NCBI RefSeq assembly: GCF_006345805.1
Contig: NW_021835267.1
Location: 1 to 57,851 of the forward strand
Length of the DNA: 57,851 nt
Direction: 5' to 3'
From: Octopus sinensis
Lineage: Eukaryota
Shown here in pieces: positions 41,674-52,666 of this stretch (its first letter is position 1; the number at the start of each line of letters is the position of its first letter). Below the pieces are notes generated by a model. That model did no database searches. It was not told the DNA's origin and saw only the letters and a list, made by a program, of their open reading frames with translations. Made by a program: the position numbers and the translations under genes.

Positions 41674-41719
41674 AACACAACGTTTCGGCTGATATACCCT
41701 CCAGCCTTCATCAGGTGTC
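41674..41719 (-). ncRNA. Minimal type-I hammerhead ribozyme (Penelope-like-element type)
   Basis: Minus strand: GACAC-CUGAUGA-A-GGCUG-gaggguauau-CAGCC-GAAAC-GUU-GUGUU; stem I GACAC/GUGUU, perfect 5-bp stem II, loopless palindromic stem III (ACGU), GUU triplet. Confidence 0.78.
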
Positions 41720-41766
41720 TTGGGGAAATTTCGAACATGGGTTCTCATTCCAAAGGTATTTTTCGA

Positions 41767-41840
<74 letters not shown>

Positions 41841-41843
<3 letters not shown>

Positions 41844-41914
41844 TCACTGCCTGGAATCGAATTCAGAAACTTGGGGTTAGTGGCCCGCGATCTTAACCAC
41901 TACGCCATGTGCCC
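41841..41914 (-). promoter_or_regulatory. tRNA-like internal Pol III promoter head
   Basis: A-box TGGCGTAGTGG (41897-41907) and B-box-like ATTCGATTCC (41853-41862, first G mutated) at tRNA-like spacing. Confidence 0.7.
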
Positions 41915-42159
41915 GTGGGCATATGGCGGAGGGTATATCAGCCAAAACGTGTTAACAACAAACAAAATGCGGACCAATATCCGTCAAATGTAAATAATAT
42001 CTTCTTCTATATCTTTGTGTCAACCAATTCCCTATGAGTGTATGTGATAGACGGAAACTGAAAGAAGCCCATGATTGTATATGTATACGCGCGCGTATTT
42101 ATAAAATAGATGGCGGAGAATTAGAAATTACCATACCCTTATAAATATATAGAAACCTA

Positions 42160-42372
42160 AGGCGGCGTGGTGACAGAATCGTTATCGCACCGGACAAAAT
42201 GCTTAGCGGTAATTCATCCGGCTTTACTTTCTTAGTTCAAAAGCCCCTGAAGTTTACTTCAGCTTTCCTCCTTTCGGGGTCGATAGAAATAATACCATTT
42301 GAGCACTGGGGTCGCTGTAATCGACTTACTCCTCTCCAGAATTTGCTGGCCTTGTGCCACATTTAGAAACTA
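42160..42372 (+). mobile_element. SINE family B, diverged
   Basis: GGCGGCG...AGAATCGTTA...ATGCTTAGCGGTA and CCTTTCGGGGTCGATA. Confidence 0.8.
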
Positions 42373-43165
42373 GTATATAGAAATCTAAATATTATTATTA
42401 ATAAGCAAAAGAAACGGTTAAAATGCCTCCACGCTGTTGAAATTGACGTGATTAATGGGATGTCCGTGTTAACCTAGATTTCGCAGACTCTTTTGGGCTC
42501 AGTAAAGAAGTAACGAATATTCATGCAGTGCGTTTAGTATTCTAAAACGCATCAATGTTAAATTTCTAATCACTCGGTTATATATAATTTTTCACTTACA
42601 TATAATCTTTCAACTGACAGAAAAAAAAAAAAAACTGGCCAAACGCGTTGTTGGTTAATAAAATAGACTATTCAGTAGTCAGATCATGAAAAACCTGATA
42701 GCCGTAGGAAAATTCGTTAAAAAAAAATGTAGTCTTTTGTAGTGAAAAGGTTAACAAACTCTTCAAGGTGAAAATCTAAAGAAACAAAGATTGAACAATA
42801 GGAACACATACCAAAAGCTGTACATTTTAGTTAGTTGTCGTGGCAGGCTTCATGTAAATATCCCACGGTTGGCACCAACTTTTCTTCTCCTGCGTACGTG
42901 ACGTCCAGGCATTTTGTGACGTAAAAGACGGTCTCTATGACATCACGGAGACGAAACGTTTAATTCTGGCTTCTTAAAAATAAATTCCGCTATTTCAACC
43001 ACAAAATAGCAATCACAGTGTTATAATAAGGATATGAATAATGTATTTATGGCTAAGGAATCCTGAGAAAGATTCAAATTGGTAGCAGGATGTAAAGAGC
43101 ACCCTGTAATTCGTTTAGCAAGAAAAAACAATACAGCAGAAAGAAATATATAGTAACAGCAAGTA

Positions 43166-43166
<1 letters not shown>

Positions 43167-43246
<80 letters not shown>
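43167..43246. repeat. (ATCT)n microsatellite
   Basis: Direct reading. Confidence 0.95.
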
Positions 43247-43247
<1 letters not shown>

Positions 43248-43666
43248 GGTTTGCAAGTTTCTTGACGTCAGTTCGTGTGTTTAAATAAATTTTTTGTATC
43301 TTGGGAAGGTCATTACGCTAATAATAATAGCAACACACTCATAGATTCAATTCCACTTCTTTATTGCTAGTCACTTGTTTAAATACCTAACCAACTAATC
43401 TAATTGATCGTTTGTTAAATGCGTTGATTAAACAATCAATCGGTTAGAAAATTATTAATTTTAAATCTCACAACGTGAGATATTCAGCAACAATACTTTG
43501 GAGTAAAGATTGTTTGCCAACATAACATGGCAGCCCTGGTTTAGGACGAATGTTGCTGTAATTTAGCCCCAGGAGACATTGTCTCCAGCTGGCTATACTA
43601 TGTGATCTGAGTCCTTATACTTTCGTACAAGGGAATCTAGCATCCCCACTCAACTCAAAACAATAT

Positions 43667-43709
43667 ATGTGTATCGCAATTTCTGGGTTATTTCTCTTCA
43701 TCAGCACTG
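43667..43709 (-). ncRNA. Hammerhead motif, left arm (core intact, stems partly decayed)
   Basis: Minus strand: GUG-CUGAUGA-AGAGAAAUAACCCA-GAAAU-UGCG-AUA-CAC. Confidence 0.6.
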
Positions 43710-43747
43710 AATAATTGTTTACCTAGCAGTGGCGAGGCCAAATTATT

Positions 43748-43790
43748 CTGTGCTGGTGGAGGGAAATGACCCGGAAATCGCGATACACAG
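43748..43790 (+). ncRNA. Hammerhead motif, right arm (stems intact, core mutated)
   Basis: CUGUG-CUGGUGG-A-GGG-aaauga-CCC-G-GAAAU-CGCG-AUA-CACAG; stem I CUGUG/CACAG, palindromic stem III AUCGCGAU, AUA triplet. Confidence 0.6.
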
Positions 43791-44319
43791 ATATTGTTTT
43801 GAGCTGAGTGGGGGTGCTAGATACCCTTGTTGGAAAATATAAGGACACAGCTGGTGTTGTCTAGCCAGCTGGAGATTGTGTCTCCTGGGGCTAAATTATA
43901 GCAACATTCGTCCTAAACCAGGACTGCCATGTTATGTTGCCAGATAATCTTTACTACAATCAATCGGTTTTTCAGTGATTTTAATGATTCCTCTGGCTCC
44001 AGAGTGTGTCCGATAACTGGTCTTATACCTCTGTTTGTATGGATGCTTGCACGCATGGTTGCTTAGAAGACGAGGTAAGTGAGAGTAGACGAACCATACT
44101 TGCACGTGCATACGAGCATGTGTGCGTGCGTGTGTGGCTGTATGCGTTTGGTCTCAACTCCGATGGATGAGGGGTATAGTTGTTTACCTGGGTAAAGGGA
44201 GTCAAGAACAGGGTAGGTGTGTGAGTATTTGCGTGCGCGCGCGTCTATGTCTGAGTGTGTGCATGTGTATATACATACATATATTTTCACACAGATGAAC
44301 ACATACACACAACACTGGG

Positions 44320-44333
44320 TATATATATGTATG

Positions 44334-44367
<34 letters not shown>

Positions 44368-44400
44368 CATACATATATATATATATACATACACACACAT

Positions 44401-44433
<33 letters not shown>

Positions 44434-44508
44434 GATATAGATATATATAGATATATATATATGTATATATATATGTATATATACATATATATATACATAT
44501 ATATATAC

Positions 44509-44602
<94 letters not shown>
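44320..44602. repeat. (TA)n/(TACA)n microsatellite
   Basis: Direct reading. Confidence 0.95.
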
Positions 44603-44604
<2 letters not shown>

Positions 44605-46309
44605 TAAATCATCTACCAAATATTCCTATTTTCATAAACACCTGGAAGAATGAATTAATAAGGGTAATTCGTAGTTTCGCAGTTGGGTGTGGTGAGTGGA
44701 GAAAATTTCAAGTTTCGAAATTTTCTCAGCACCCAAAACATGCAAAACTTGAAACAAGAGTAACAACAACAACAACAACAACAACACAAGCAAAATCAAA
44801 TTGGTAAAATAATTTCTGAGTCAGTTGCAGTGTAGATTTAGGCACAAAAATATAATAATGGGAATTAAAAAACAGAATGATAAATTTGTATTTGGTTGAA
44901 TTGTAACCTCTCATGTCTGAAATTCAACCTCCTAGAAATAGTACACACGCAGACACGCAGATGCATGCGCACACACACACATGCACATACACACACACAT
45001 ACAGACACACACACGCATACAGACGCATGCACACATTCACAAACGCATGTATCCAATTGTTTCAGCTATGCCACGCTTCTACCTCACTCCATATCTTAGA
45101 AACATGCTTCCGAAAACAATGTGTTCTTAATTAGACGGAAATTAGGAAATCAATCAAGCAATCAATAAATCAATCAACCGATCGATCAATCGATACTTAA
45201 AAAACAAAATCAATGTTCTAAAATTGAGGGATACTTTCAACAAAAGTTTCACGCTGATAACTAAATTAAAAGATAGACAGATGTTGTCATTTGAAATAAA
45301 ATAGAAACAATACAGAAACGAAATAATTCCAATATAAATAAAAAGATGAATTAACAAACGATATACTTTACTAAACACACACAGCCAGGGTAAGAAGTGC
45401 AAATAGTCGGGAACCTCGAAGAATAGGGATTTGAAATGAATATTGAATTATATTGTTGTAGAAACCTTGGATTCACGTCTGTCAGCATAAAGGTTGCAGA
45501 TGGTAAACAAAATGGCGTCATGCTGACATAAAAATGAATAAATATACGTTCCATGAATAAATCATAGTTTAAAAACGATGTTTAACTTAAGAACAATGTC
45601 AAACTTTTTGAGGGATGAGTGTGGACTTGTCAAGTGTTTAATTGGTGCTTAAGTTATCGCCTTCGGGAGGCAAAAATCGATTTTAGCGCGGAATTTTGGC
45701 TCAGAAACATATAATTAGGGTAGTGGTTTTATAGAGAAATGGTTCTAAAGTATACTTTTTTTTTCCTACTGAGGATCACTTTGATTAATATTTTATAGTG
45801 GTGGATTACCATAGCCATTAAGTGTTTAAAAGTTAGGTTTATAGAAGCATCTTTCAAAATTCCTATTTTGTTTTTCACATGTTCACTTGCATAGGTTTGC
45901 AATGGCACTCACTGAGGGAACATGTTTCAGTTGTCGGAAACATGTCAAACCTAGAGAAAGAAACTTAGCAGTATTTTGCAAATTTTTTCATAAACCCTCA
46001 CCAAAAATCTTAGACGGTCCCCGATTGAGAGCCCCTGTTATAGAGTAGTCAGTATACACGTGTGCTCTTAGCATAAAATAAGTTTGATTCAGTACATCAT
46101 AACACTGGGTCCTGTGAAAATGACGTATAATTCTTCTGACCGCTTTTCAAACAATCTCTGTATACCCAATTTCATTCATATGGTCGTTATTTTGTTAGGG
46201 TTGTTTCTACAGATATTTTATAGAACTTACAGCCAACACTGAGTTTTGCAACAAAGTTTCGTATCAAAACGTCAGACAAAAAAAAAACGAAAGACAAAAA
46301 TGTGTATGA

Positions 46310-46355
46310 GTGTATATGCCATATTTCGAGAGTTATCGCCCTCTCATCAGCACCC
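46310..46355 (-). ncRNA. Minimal hammerhead ribozyme motif with canonical core
   Basis: Minus strand: GGGUG-CUGAUGA-GAGGG-cgauaa-CUCUC-GAAAU-auggc-AUA-UACAC; 5-bp stem II with G10.1-C11.1, weak stem I. Confidence 0.65.
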
Positions 46356-46609
46356 ATTTAACTCACTCTCGCCTCCGAACACATTGCTTATATAGCCACC
46401 GCATACAGCGATGCTATGTTACTGGATATATCAATTTACATAATAGACGTATTCCTGGGGGAATATGGTCATATGGTCGATCTCTAAGCCTAAGTAGAGG
46501 GCACTTAACGAAAGACCCGAGTACAACCTTGAATAGCGAATGACCTTTTCGGCCATCTCCATACATACGCCATGCACATCGATATATGCACACAAATGTA
46601 GTTGGTTTA

Positions 46610-46896
46610 CTGTCGCTTACGAAGACGAGGGTTCCAGTTGACCCGATCAACGGAACAGCCTGCTCGTGAAATTAACTAGAGGCTGAGCATTCCGACAGTC
46701 ACGCGTACCCTCAACGTAGTTCTCAGGGAGATTCAGCATGACGTAGAATACGACAAGACCAGCCCTTTACAATATCGGTACACAGTGGACTGGAACAACA
46801 TGAAATAAAGGACACAGCGCGCCGTCGGGAATCGAACTCGCGACCTTCGGATCGTGAGCCGGATACCGCAACAACCAAGCAACGCGCCTTCATGCG
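46610..46896 (-). mobile_element. SINE family A variant (CORE-like middle)
   Basis: Minus-strand head GAAGGCGCGTTGCTTGGTTG...GAGTTCGATTCCCG; tail shared with 3185-3330 (ATCAACGGAACAGCCTGCTCGTGAAATTAAC). Confidence 0.8.
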
Positions 46897-47468
46897 CACA
46901 GATAGAACACAGATAAATAAAAGTACGTTGTCTTTCTTCCGATAGTTGCACTGGTGTCTCAAAAGGAACAGCAGACTATTTCCATTATACACTTAACATG
47001 CTGCGCTATTGATGCCGCTTTAAAAGGCCTGTTGTGTAATGAAGTTAATCCATGTATATTTCCTATAGGATAGAGATTAATTGATTAGCTGCAACAACAA
47101 TACGATGGCAACACAATACAGGTATTTGTGCGGCTCACTTGGAAAGTCTATTGGTTTCCTTTATTTAATTATTATGCAATATTCAATAGAAAACTGTGGG
47201 AGGAGAGATAATTTCACAATATAACACACACACACACGCAAGCAAGCACGTACGCACTGACACATGTATACATACTTACATTGACACATACAACTTACAG
47301 TGATACATACATACATATATACACACATAAATATGATACAAAGTCGAGAGACAGTGAAGCGTCAGATTTCTTATGATTTATACTTGTTTTCATTCATTTT
47401 GGTTTCAAATTCCACATGGAATGATCTTGAAATCCATTAACCTGTAGTATTATTTCAACTTTCATTAG

Positions 47469-47822
47469 GGCGACGGGATGGCAGAAACATTAGCACGCCA
47501 GGCGAAATGAGTAGCCGTATTTCGTCTGCCGTTACGTTCTGAGTTCAAATTCCGCCGTGGTCGACTTTGCCTTCCATCCTTTCGGGGTCGATAAATTAAG
47601 TAGCAGTTACGCACTGGGGGGTCGATATAATCAACTTAATCCCTCTGTCTGTCCTTGTTTGTCTCCTCTGTGTTTAGCCCCTTGTGGGTAGTAAAGAAAT
47701 ATGTATTTCGTCTGTCTTTATGTTGTGAGTTCAAATTCGGCCGGGGTTGACTTTGCCTTTCATCCTTTCGACGTCGATAAATTAAATACCAGTTGTGAAC
47801 TGGGGTCGATCTAATCGACTAA
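47469..47822 (+). mobile_element. SINE family B with LINE-like tail (47469-47702) plus a tandem partial copy
   Basis: Head, Meta-like domain, tail TGTGTTTAGCCCCTTGTGGGTAGTAAAGAAATA. Confidence 0.9.
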
Positions 47823-47909
47823 CCGACTTACTCCAAGAATCAAGTCTCGCGCATACTTTGGCGCCGCCAATTATCACAGTTGTTGTTATTATTATTAATA
47901 TAAGATGCA

Positions 47910-48116
47910 TGCTGGCAGAATCGATAGCACGACGGGAAAAATGCTTAGCAGTTTTTTGCCCATCCTTACGTTCTGAGTTCAAACTTCACCGAGGTTGAAT
48001 TTGCTTTCATCCTTTCGAGATCGATAAAATAAGTACCAGTTGCGCACTGGGGTCGATGTAATCGACTTTCCCCCCCACCTATCAGAAATTGCTAACCTTG
48101 TAGCAGAATTTGAAAT
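47910..48116 (+). mobile_element. SINE family B (short-tail form)
   Basis: GCTGGCAGAATCGATAGCA...TTTCATCCTTTCGAGATCGATAAAATAAGTACCAG. Confidence 0.85.
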
Positions 48117-48378
48117 CAACACAGTAATAACAGGAAATTTGTTGTTGTTCTTATTATTAATGTAAGCGCGTCGGACAAAATGCTTTGCAAAAATTTCACT
48201 GAAGTCAAAAGTACAAGTTAAACACCGAGGTCAATGTATTCCACTACTCTCCCCCACTACCCTCCTTCCACTGCGACACACACACACACACACATATATA
48301 TCAAAATTTCAGGCCAAAACTTTAAGTACTGGGATTGATGAACATAGCATGTTCCCTCGAGTGGTCTTATAGCAGCAG

Positions 48379-48382
<4 letters not shown>

Positions 48383-48465
<83 letters not shown>

Positions 48466-48492
48466 AGAAAGAGAAAGAGCGAGAGGGGAGAG
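48383..48492. repeat. (GA)n microsatellite
   Basis: Direct reading. Confidence 0.95.
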
Positions 48493-48682
48493 ACTTGATC
48501 AGAATATTTTTTCTTTTAGATCTCAGCAAATCCGATAAACAACAGAAGCAGAAGAAGCAGACATGATAATTTTGGTGGCTGCGTGAACGGGATTTGCTGC
48601 CAACACTATAGAATCTGAAAGGAATTTAGTCGGAAAAACGATTGGCATAAAAGTTTCAGAAAATTACAATTTCATTACATTG

Positions 48683-48773
48683 ATGGAAGCCGCTGTGCTG
48701 GCAATCCGAAAAGAAAAAAGTATATTTGCCAGACAGTATGCTCAAATGGTCAAAGAGAATGAATATATCTCCT
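48683..48773 (+). CDS. Candidate first coding exon of an unidentified host gene (MEAAVLAIRKEKSIFARQYAQMVKENEYIS)
   Basis: ATG-initiated, non-repetitive 30 codons + 1 nt, then donor-like GTTAGT (48774-48779); pyrimidine-rich acceptor TTTTTTCTTTTAG ending 48519; phase-compatible with 55189-55286. No homology recognised. Confidence 0.3.
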
Positions 48774-49149
48774 GTTAGTTGTACAAAATCATTTGAACGT
48801 TTATTTAAATCAGATTGAGAGGGGGAAAAAATAAGAAAGAAAAAAAATGATCGAAACATAAGGCACTGGAAATAGCGATATCTCGTAAAAATGGAAGACT
48901 ACAAGAGGGGGAAAAACAATACCCGATAATATTAAGTGTATTAAGAATTGTAGAAAGAGATGCAGGGAAATGCGCAACAAGTTACCAAAAACTGTGCATC
49001 ATATTGCAAAACAGCTTAGGTTAAAGTGCAGTTAATAAAAAAGTAAAATAAAAGTACCAAAAAAGATAAAAATGGAAATGCTAAAGATAGGAGACTACGG
49101 AAAAGGAGAAGATGAATGGCGATGATAATGGTGATGCTGATAATTCTAA

Positions 49150-49527
49150 TTTTGGCCCAAGGCCAGCAATTTTTGTTGTGGGGGTGGAAATCGATTATTT
49201 AGATCCTAATATTTGATCGATATTTATTCTATTGTCGCCGAAAGCGTGAAAAGAAAAGTCGTCCGAGGCGAAATTTGAATTCAGAATTTAACATGACGGA
49301 AGAAATACCTATTTCTTTACTACCCACAATGGGCTAAACACAGAGAGGACAAACAATGACAGGCACACAGTATTAAGTCGATTATATCAACCCCAATACG
49401 CAACTGGTATTTATTTAATCGACCCGAAAGGATGAAAGCCAAAGTCGACCTCGGTGGAATGTAGTGACGGTCGAAATACCGCTGATGATTTCGTCCGGCC
49501 GGCTAACGATTCTGCCAGCTCACCGCC
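49150..49527 (-). mobile_element. Two SINE family B copies
   Basis: GCTAACGATTCTGCCAGCTCACCGCC at the right end; tail TATTTCTTTACTACCCACAATGGGCTAAACAC at ~49310. Confidence 0.85.
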
Positions 49528-50699
49528 TCGGCATAATGATAATAATAACAGCAATTCTTTCTAATTTTGTCCCAAGACCCGTAATTTTGAAGGAAAGGAG
49601 TATCAATTACTTGAAGCCCTCTTTTTAATTAATACGTGTTTCATCGTCATGTGTTTGTCAACTTGACGGCTTAACCACGCTGCCATTAGTTTTTATTTAG
49701 CAGCAGCATTTTTTTTATATTCAATAACAATGTCTTGCTTTCTTCATTGAACTCTTGTATTTAATTACCAACAATTTATCTCCCTCGAGTGTAGATAAAA
49801 GAGAAAGTTATATGATTTAAATTCACCGCATCGAGACATCAAAATTGTGAAATCGCAAAAAAGAGAGTGGTGCGTTTCAACCACTTTTACTGTCTTCCCT
49901 TGTGTCAACAATGGTATCCTAAATAAAGGAAGAAGGCGGAGGCGGTGGGGGTGGGTGGGTGAGAAGTGAAGACAAACATTAAAAGCATCGACCAAGAAAA
50001 CGCAACAATATAATGACAGACTCCACCGTCACCACAACAACAACAGTATTGCCGTCATCTTAACTAGCATGAATAGCAACAATCAATTACGAGAATGACT
50101 TATAATCGCTCATCGGGTAAAGCAACAACAACAACAACAACAACAACAGCAACAACAATAATATCAACGACAATGACAGCAACAAGAATAACGAGAATGT
50201 TGTATGTAGGCTACACTATTCTATTATTCTGGTATAGAAGAATGAAGAGAAATGGAATGAATATTCCGGGTGTATTCATCTCTATAGTTGTGTTACAAAG
50301 AACGATGTTGCCAGTTCTTCGACTAGCAGTCGGAACTAAACACGCAACGAGAACTGAAAAATTCATGTCTGTCAGATTGATTGTATTTCGGTAAGAATTA
50401 GAATGTCTTGAGAAGAAGAAGAATCAATATTACCAAAAATGTTAATCTCGTTGATTTCTATAATTGTCATCGAAATAAGAATGGTGGCAGAGATGAATGA
50501 AAGCAGGCGAAGGAAGAAGTATGGAGTTGTCTGTCTACATACGTGTACATATTTGCATGTATATATATATATATATATATATATACATTCATATATCTCT
50601 ATGTGTGTATATATATATGTGTGTGTATATATTTATATATATATATATATATTTACACACATGCATACACACGCACACACACACACATATATATATTTG

Positions 50700-50743
50700 T
50701 GTGTTAACAACCGATGTTGATGTGCTTATGTCCCCGTAACTTA

Positions 50744-50787
<44 letters not shown>

Positions 50788-50900
50788 GAATGGCTTCTTT
50801 CAGTTTCCCTCTACCAAATCCACTAACAAGACTTTGGTACGCAACCCGGAACCAAGAGGTTGTTAAGCAAGCTTCTTACCACACAGCTACGCCTGCGCCT
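50700..50900. mobile_element. SINE family C fragments in opposite orientations
   Basis: ACAACCGATG...GTCCCCGTAACTTAG (+) and CTTTCAGTTTCC...CTTCTTACCACACAGCTACGCCTGCGCC (-). Confidence 0.7.
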
Positions 50901-50913
50901 TTAGATGTCTAAC

Positions 50914-50968
<55 letters not shown>

Positions 50969-50983
50969 TATATTGTATGTATG

Positions 50984-51033
<50 letters not shown>

Positions 51034-51374
51034 GTGTGTGTGTGTGTATGCATGTATGTATGCATGTATGTATGTATGTATGTATGTATGTATGTATGTA
51101 TGTATTCATGTATGTATGTATGTATGTGCGCAAGTGTGGAACGTGTGGGATGTGATTGTGTGCGTAGGAAATAGGAAGAGATGGGCTGGGGGGGGGAGAG
51201 ACTCATTGTAATTAAAAGACAGTGTGGGTGGGAATATAAAGGATAACCGTGTGAAGTCTCTATCTACGTGTGGCGGTGGCGGGGGAGCAATTAAAGAAGG
51301 GTTATCTGAGAGGGAATAGATTTAAAAGTGTTTGATGCAAGATGCGTAAGAGAAGCGTTTGTGTATGTGTGCAT

Positions 51375-51592
51375 ACGCCACCGCTTGACAACCCGGTGTT
51401 GGTGTGTTTACATCGGAGTAAAAAAGCGGTTTGGCAATGGAGACTAATTGAATAAATGTCAGGCTTTTAAAAGAAAAGTACCAAAGTCGATTTGACTAAC
51501 GATTCCCCAAGGCGATGAGTGACGATTCGCCAAGGCGGTGCTCCAGCATAGCCGCAATCTAATGACAATAACAAGTAAAAGATAAAAAAGAT
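51375..51592 (+). mobile_element. SINE family C 3' half
   Basis: GCTTGACAACC...GGCGGTGCTCCAGCATAGCCGCA...ACAAGTAAAAGATAAAA. Confidence 0.75.
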
Positions 51593-51784
51593 ACACGTAC
51601 AATTATACATATTATATATACCCAAGCCTATTCCCTATTTTTTTAGGAGGGAGTAGCTAAAATCAAGACACACACCAGGTATACCATTTATTTCCCAGCT
51701 CGAAGAGGCAAGCAATCGAAAAGCCTGATACACACCTGTCATCGTCTTTTTGTTTTTATAAATTCAAACTCTATCTTGAACGCT

Positions 51785-52400
51785 CACGTGGTCACACCAG
51801 TTTCATCCTGTCTCTGCCTCATACACTTCGGACTTCTGGATTTTCTACACCTTCTGCACTTCGGACTACTCTACCTGGATTTTCTACTCTCTTACACTTC
51901 GGACCTCCTACCCTTCGGACTCCTATACTTCGGACTTCCACCTGTTTTGTTTTGCACCTCTCCTACCTACCCATGGATTACACTGGACTCTTCCGTTGAT
52001 GAGAAATCACTCCAATACACCACGACGTTTGAACCTTTTGAACTTTTTGTACATTTTTGTACTTTCTGTTTTTCCTATTGTCGTTTCTTCTTTGTTTTCT
52101 CTCAATCCGCACATTGCTCCTTTGCCTGCCTTTCTCGCTCTCCCGCCCTTTCTTTTTTCCTTTCCGTCTTCTCTTCTCCCTTTCTCCTCCTTTCCTCTCT
52201 GTTTCTTCCTTCTTTCTCTCTTTGTTTTTATGTTTTCTTCTCCTCACACCTTTTGAATTTTTCTGCTCCGCTTTTTCTCTCTCCTTTCTTTCTCTTTTCT
52301 ACATGATTGATAAACATGTTTATTTCAGTGTTCTTTTCTGTTGAAGATCATAGGCTAAAAACGTAAAAGACTTTCTCACTCCCTGAGAGTTAAACTAATA
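51785..52400 (+). other. Pyrimidine-rich repeat relic with 5x CTTCGGAC and a degenerate hammerhead-like end; possible Penelope-like pseudo-LTR
   Basis: CTTCGGAC at 51826, 51859, 51897, 51913 and 51928; TTTT-CTGTTGA-AGATCATAGGCTA-AAAAC-GTA-AAAG at 52334-52369. Confidence 0.3.
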
Positions 52401-52404
52401 CATA

Positions 52405-52666
52405 CGTGGAAGATGGGACCGAAACCAGTCGCTCTAAGTACAGCCTCTAACTAGTGATGGTCTACCTTATCGAAAGCTTTTGTTTGACCCAAATTGATCA
52501 GCACTCCACCCACGCCCGATTCCTTATCTGCCCTGTCTATGATGTAACGCATCAGATGGAGGTTGTCATGGATACGCCTACTCGGCACGGCGTACATTTG
52601 CGCCTTGTCGACTAGTTTCTCGATGACAAGCGCCAATCTCTCGGCTAACACCTTGGCCAAAATTTT
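52405..52666 (-). pseudogene. Isolated RT fragment of an L1/Tx1 LINE related to 18126-21180
   Basis: AKVLAERLALVIEKLVDKAQ...IHDNLHLMRYI...LINLGQTKAFDKVDH, homologous to ~19058-19315. Confidence 0.92.

Larger units (their letters stand above)
41595..41999 (-). mobile_element. Head-to-head fold-back retroposon: tRNA-like head, (AAT)n, hammerhead ribozyme; right arm internally deleted
   Basis: TSD TCTTGTTCTATA (41583-41594) / TCTTCTTCTATA (42000-42011); 41629-41702 pairs with 41928-41998; central palindrome CGCCATGTGCCC-GT-GGGCATATGGCG at 41903-41928. Confidence 0.8.
41497..42075 (+). mobile_element. Old SINE family C 5' half, interrupted by the fold-back hammerhead element
   Basis: Head CCCAACCACATGGTTCCAGGTTCAG...TTGACCAAG to 41594; resumes at 42000 and reaches GACGGAAACTGAAAGAAGCCC at ~42050-42070. 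Confidence 0.75.
43446..43955. mobile_element. Fold-back insertion with ~214-bp arms, each carrying a hammerhead motif; Penelope pseudo-LTR-like
   Basis: 43502-43716 is the near reverse complement of 43741-43955; exact 14-bp TSD ACAATCAATCGGTT at 43432-43445 and 43956-43969; left arm ~55 bp longer. Confidence 0.85.

Noticed and set aside
43753-43780. Cluster of A/G differences between fold-back arms as a fossil ADAR-editing signature
   Set aside because: One is explained by CpG decay in the left arm and one by loss of a stem II G there; only two or three real A-to-G changes remain, too few to claim.
50095-50394. 99-aa ORF ending at a GTAAGA donor-like site
   Set aside because: Starts in an (AAC)n repeat, has no recognisable homology, and its phase does not fit the 55189 exon candidate.
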